From Phycisphaerales bacterium (GTDB lineage Bacteria > Planctomycetota > Phycisphaerae > Phycisphaerales > SM1A02): 64,000 nucleotides of DNA. Each line of letters starts with the position of its first letter. The stretch's first letter is position 1. The stretch covers positions 447,488-511,487 of the forward strand of contig JAXMAG010000001.1 of the NCBI GenBank assembly GCA_046350535.1, read 5' to 3'. Positions 60,596 to 64,000 of the stretch are shown in pieces. Made by a program: the position numbers and the translations under genes. The notes beneath the pieces were generated by a model. That model searched no databases, was not told the origin of the DNA, and worked only from the letters and a program-made list of their open reading frames with translations.

Positions 60596-61748
60596 CGCGC
60601 CGCCGCGGAGGCGCATCCGCTACCTCTACCACGTGCAGTGGGCGGGGGTGGCGTACTTCCTGCTCACGGTGCTGCTGGGCGTGGCCGCCGCGTATCGCCC
60701 CAACAACCTGCTGGTGTGGAGCTTCACCGCGCTGCTGGCCGGGGTGATCGTCTCCGGCGTGGTCTCCGGGTGGATGCTCATGTCCCTGCGGGTCACGCGC
60801 CTGGAGCCCCGGGACGCCCGGGTGGATCAGCCGCTCGTGATCCGCTACGCGGTGCGCAACCGGGCCCGCTTCTGGCCGCTCTTCGACGTGCAGCTGGGGG
60901 AGGCGAAGGCGGACGACCGCCTGGGGTGGCAGCACCACGCGGGCCTGGCCGCCGCGTGGCTCCTCCATGCCGGGCCGGGCGAGCACGTCCACGCGGAGGC
61001 GGTGCTTCTTCCGCGCCGGCGCGGCCGCTGCGTGCTGGAGGCGGTGGAGGCCACCTCGGGGTTCCCGTTCGGGCTGCTCCGCAAGACGCTCATCCTGGCC
61101 CAGCGCGCGGAGGTGCTGGTCTTCCCGCGCATGCTGGAGCTGCGGAGGGACCTGCTGAGGGACGTGGTGCCGCGCGGCGCCGGCGGCGTCCGGACCAGCA
61201 GCCGCCCGGGTCCCGGGGAGGACTTCCTGGGTGTGCGCGAATACCGGCCGGGCGACAGCCTGCGGCAGGTGGCGTGGAAGCGCCGCGCCGGCCTGGACGA
61301 GCTGGTCACGATCGAACGGAGCACCCCCAGTCCGCCGCGGCTCCGCGTGGTGCTGGACCTCACGCGACCCACCGCGTCCCTCCGCGTCTCCGGGGATCCG
61401 GCGGAGGAGGGGCGGGCGCTGGAGGAGTCCGCGATCAGCATCGCGGCCAGCGTCGCGGCGCTCGCGGAGCAGGAGGGCTTCGAGTTCGCGATCGACGTGG
61501 AGGGCTTCGATTGCCCGCGCACGCCGCTGCGGCGCGGCTGGTGGCACCTCCAGAAGGTGCTGGCGGTGCTGGCCTCCCTGGATCTGGATGCGCCGCGGAC
61601 GCCTGCCAGCCGCCCGGACCGGGACGAACGCTGCGCTGCCCTCATCGTCCATCCTGACCGCGTGGACACCGTGGTGGACCGGCCGGGGGCCATCCACCTG
61701 CCCGCCACGCGACTCGCGGAGGTGCTGGCGCCGGGAGCGTCCGCGTGA
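60555..61748 (+). CDS. DUF58 domain protein (MoxR-system-associated family)
   Basis: Frame of track ORF 60543..61748 (start 60543/60555/GTG 60633 uncertain; first two overlap upstream gene). Two N-terminal TM helices; GEDFLGVREYRPGDSLRQVAWKRRAGLDELVTIE; PRLRVVLDL. Confidence 0.8.
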   Translation: MLNSSRAVPAEAADAPPRRRIRYLYHVQWAGVAYFLLTVLLGVAAAYRPNNLLVWSFTALLAGVIVSGVVSGWMLMSLRVTRLEPRDARVDQPLVIRYAVRNRARFWPLFDVQLGEAKADDRLGWQHHAGLAAAWLLHAGPGEHVHAEAVLLPRRRGRCVLEAVEATSGFPFGLLRKTLILAQRAEVLVFPRMLELRRDLLRDVVPRGAGGVRTSSRPGPGEDFLGVREYRPGDSLRQVAWKRRAGLDELVTIERSTPSPPRLRVVLDLTRPTASLRVSGDPAEEGRALEESAISIAASVAALAEQEGFEFAIDVEGFDCPRTPLRRGWWHLQKVLAVLASLDLDAPRTPASRPDRDERCAALIVHPDRVDTVVDRPGAIHLPATRLAEVLAPGASA

Positions 61749-64000
61749 ACATCCTCAGCCGCTTCCCGCTGGTGGCGTTCAACACCACCGTGACGGCCAT
61801 CCTCGCCTACGGCGTGTCGCAGCGGCGCGTGGACCTGCTGCTGGCCTCGGCGCTCCTGGCGGTGGTGAGCTGGTATCTCACGGAGGGGCCGCGTCGCATC
61901 ACGCTGCCGTCGTGGGCGGCCACGCTGCTGGTGGTGTGCGTGCTGGGCTGGTCGCTCCTCGAGTGGCCGGCCCGCTCGGATCCGGCGGAGCTCGCGTCGC
62001 TCGTGGGGCGCTTCGTCCTCTGGACCACGGTCATCAAGCTCTTCGAACGAAAGGGCACGCGCGAGTGGCGGCAGCTGATGGCCCTTTCCTTGGTCCTGCT
62101 CCTGGCGGGCTGCCTCGTGAGCACGGACCTCCTCTTCGCCCTGCTGCTGGTCATCTACACGGTGCTGGGCGTCACGGCCACCATGCTCTACCGACTGCGG
62201 CGCGGGCAGGAGCGGGCGGCGGAGGCCCGGCGCTCGCTGACGGGCGGCGCCCTCCCGCAGTCCTCGGCCATCACGGGACGCCAGGCGTCGCGGCACCTGC
62301 GGCGCCTGGTGGTGGCGGCCACGGTGGCCGGCGCGGTGCTGAGCGCCATCCTCTTCGTCCTCTTCCCCCGGGATCTGATGCGGCGCTTCGAAGGCGCGGG
62401 CGGAATCACCAGGCTCAGCGGCTTCAGCGGGGAGGTGGACCTCATGGCGGGCGGGCTCATCGAGCCGTCGCGCCGCGAGGTGATGACCGTGGAGTGGCTG
62501 GACGTGCGCGGCAAGCCGGAGCCGGCGGTGGACGTGCTGCGGCTGCGCGGCGCCGTGTTCGACCGCTACAACCCGACGGACGGGCGCTGGTCCTACGTCC
62601 ACTCGCGCCGGCGGCAGCGGCCGGTGACGCTGGCCATTCCGGGCGGGTTCACGCCCCTGGGCCGTCCTGCGGTGGACACCCGCATCCAGACGTGGACGCA
62701 GGTGGTGGAGATGCGCGGCCTGGCCACGGACATCCTCTTCTCCGCGTGGGCGCCGGTGGCGGTGGCCAGCGACGAGCCGCGAGCGATCCTCCTGGATACG
62801 GACACCCTGGAGCTGCGGGACGGCGCCGCGGATCGGGGCGGCCGGCTCTGGCGCTACGAGGTCCGGGTGCAGCCCTTCCCGAACGACGCGGCGCTCCAGG
62901 CCCTCTGCGGGCCCGCGGAACTGGTGGAGCGGCCTTCGTTCCCGGTGCCGGCGGTGGTGCGGGAGGCGCGGCTGGTGGTGGAGGCGGCCGGGGAGCGGGC
63001 CCCCACGGAGGCGGAGATGGAGCGCGAACCGGCCCTGCGCTGGCAGTGGGCCCGGCGGGCCGCGCGGCTCCTCTCCTCCCACCTCCAGAGCAGCTCCTTC
63101 ACCTACACGCTGGATCTCTCCGGCGTGGTGCGGCGCCGCGGCGAGGACCCCATCGAGGTCTTCCTGCTGCGGCGCCGGAGCGGCCATTGCGAGCTCTTCG
63201 CCTCCGCGCTCTGCGGCATGCTGCAGGGTCTCGGCGTGGAGGCGCGGCTGGTCACCGGGTTCGTGGCCGCGGAGTACGACGCGGCCCTCGGCCGCTACAT
63301 CGTGCGCGAGGCCAACGCCCACGCGTGGGTGGAGGTGCGCACCGGCGAGTGGGCCTGGACCACCTTCGATCCCACCCCGCCGGACACGCTCGCGGCCATC
63401 GCCACCGCGAACCGCACCTGGTCCGATTCGCTCCGCTGGCTCTACGACGGCCTGGACTTCCTCTGGCGCAGCCGGGTGGCCACGTTCGACTCCAGCTCCC
63501 AGACGACGCTCCTCCGCGGGGCGGGGGAGCGGCTGGGGAGGACGCTGCAGGACCTCACCACCACCGTCTCGGATTGGGCCGCCACCGTGGGCCGGCGGGC
63601 CCAGTGGGCGGCGATCGGCCCGGTGTGGCTTGGATCCATCGTGATGACGCTCGCCGGGGCGGTGGCCATCACCGTCCTGGTGATGCGGCGCGAACGCCGG
63701 CTGCGGCGCCGGCTGGGCCTCATGGGTCTTCCGCGGGCGGCGCGCCGAGCCCTGCGGGCCCAGGCGACCTCCTACCTCGAGGCCCTGGAGGCGCTCGAGC
63801 GGCACGGGCTGGGCAAGCCCGAGCACCGGCCGCCGCTCGCCCATGCGGAGGTGCTTGCGGAGGGCGCGCCGGAGGCGGCGGAGGCGTTCGCGCACCTGAC
63901 CCGCGGCTACTACGAGGTCCGGTATGGCATGCGCCAGCCCGCGCCGTCCGCACAGGCGGATGCGGAGAGGAGCCTCCGGACGCTGGAGGCGGCCCTCCGA
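61745..64000 (+). CDS. Transglutaminase-like membrane protein (DUF3488 + transglutaminase core + DUF4129-like), 3' end beyond window
   Basis: Not in ORF track (no stop in window); own translation from GTG 61745 (overlaps DUF58 stop, GTGA): VNILSRFPLVAFNTTVTAILAYG..., multiple TM helices, then core RRRSGHCELFASALCGMLQGLGVEARLVTGF...ANAHAWVEVRTGEWAWTTFDPTP (Cys-His-Asp triad), late TM helix, YEVRYG tail. Confidence 0.85.
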   Translation, partial: MNILSRFPLVAFNTTVTAILAYGVSQRRVDLLLASALLAVVSWYLTEGPRRITLPSWAATLLVVCVLGWSLLEWPARSDPAELASLVGRFVLWTTVIKLFERKGTREWRQLMALSLVLLLAGCLVSTDLLFALLLVIYTVLGVTATMLYRLRRGQERAAEARRSLTGGALPQSSAITGRQASRHLRRLVVAATVAGAVLSAILFVLFPRDLMRRFEGAGGITRLSGFSGEVDLMAGGLIEPSRREVMTVEWLDVRGKPEPAVDVLRLRGAVFDRYNPTDGRWSYVHSRRRQRPVTLAIPGGFTPLGRPAVDTRIQTWTQVVEMRGLATDILFSAWAPVAVASDEPRAILLDTDTLELRDGAADRGGRLWRYEVRVQPFPNDAALQALCGPAELVERPSFPVPAVVREARLVVEAAGERAPTEAEMEREPALRWQWARRAARLLSSHLQSSSFTYTLDLSGVVRRRGEDPIEVFLLRRRSGHCELFASALCGMLQGLGVEARLVTGFVAAEYDAALGRYIVREANAHAWVEVRTGEWAWTTFDPTPPDTLAAIATANRTWSDSLRWLYDGLDFLWRSRVATFDSSSQTTLLRGAGERLGRTLQDLTTTVSDWAATVGRRAQWAAIGPVWLGSIVMTLAGAVAITVLVMRRERRLRRRLGLMGLPRAARRALRAQATSYLEALEALERHGLGKPEHRPPLAHAEVLAEGAPEAAEAFAHLTRGYYEVRYGMRQPAPSAQADAERSLRTLEAALR

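Noticed and set aside
60845-63895. 1016-aa minus-strand ORF antisense to the DUF58 and transglutaminase genes.
   Set aside because: The same off-frame composition applies. The plus strand carries the clear transglutaminase Cys-His-Asp core and the DUF58 motif.

Overview
The window is a very GC-rich (roughly 70% by eye) and densely packed bacterial chromosomal segment. I count about 56 protein-coding genes on both strands, with many GTG starts and many 1-4 nt start/stop overlaps. The ORF track is full of long off-frame and antisense ORFs typical of GC-rich DNA. I chose frames by recognisable protein families, normal amino-acid composition, signal peptides and RBS/overlap logic.

The content is mostly housekeeping:
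- Core metabolism: hbd-type dehydrogenase, cysE, acnA, rpiB, ribH, folC.
- Information processing and cell envelope: ampG, ruvB, an lptD-like outer-membrane protein, nusB, ftsY, hrpB, leuS.
- Many secreted or lipoprotein hypotheticals.

There is one RNA gene, a complete 16S rRNA (about 13491-14978). It has its own promoter-like element, a hairpin-rich leader and a perfect intrinsic terminator. There are no spacer tRNAs and no 23S/5S in the remaining 49 kb, so it is an unlinked rRNA gene. The 16S signatures (GGCTGCAG, GGGCTTAAAG, GTCAAGTCATG), a prepilin-type H-Xn-DG protein and the unlinked 16S suggest a Planctomycetota-like organism, possibly Phycisphaerae. This taxonomic call is inference only.

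I saw no CRISPR array, transposase, integrase, prophage or recognisable defence genes, and no clear-cut new multi-gene system.

The observations most worth follow-up:
1. An 843-aa tri-domain protein whose radical-SAM/SPASM-like half has lost essentially all Fe-S cysteines.
2. Two long non-coding leaders ending in terminator-like hairpins just before start codons, one before a K+ channel and one before an orphan Cys-rich protein.
3. An ICMT/PEMT-methyltransferase::Lgt-like fusion next to a CrtC-like gene.
4. A tightly coupled 5-gene operon joining an iodotyrosine-deiodinase-type flavoprotein with a secreted C25 peptidase, an M29 aminopeptidase, a HAD hydrolase and threonine aldolase.

All functional calls rest on motif recognition from memory. 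No database search was run.
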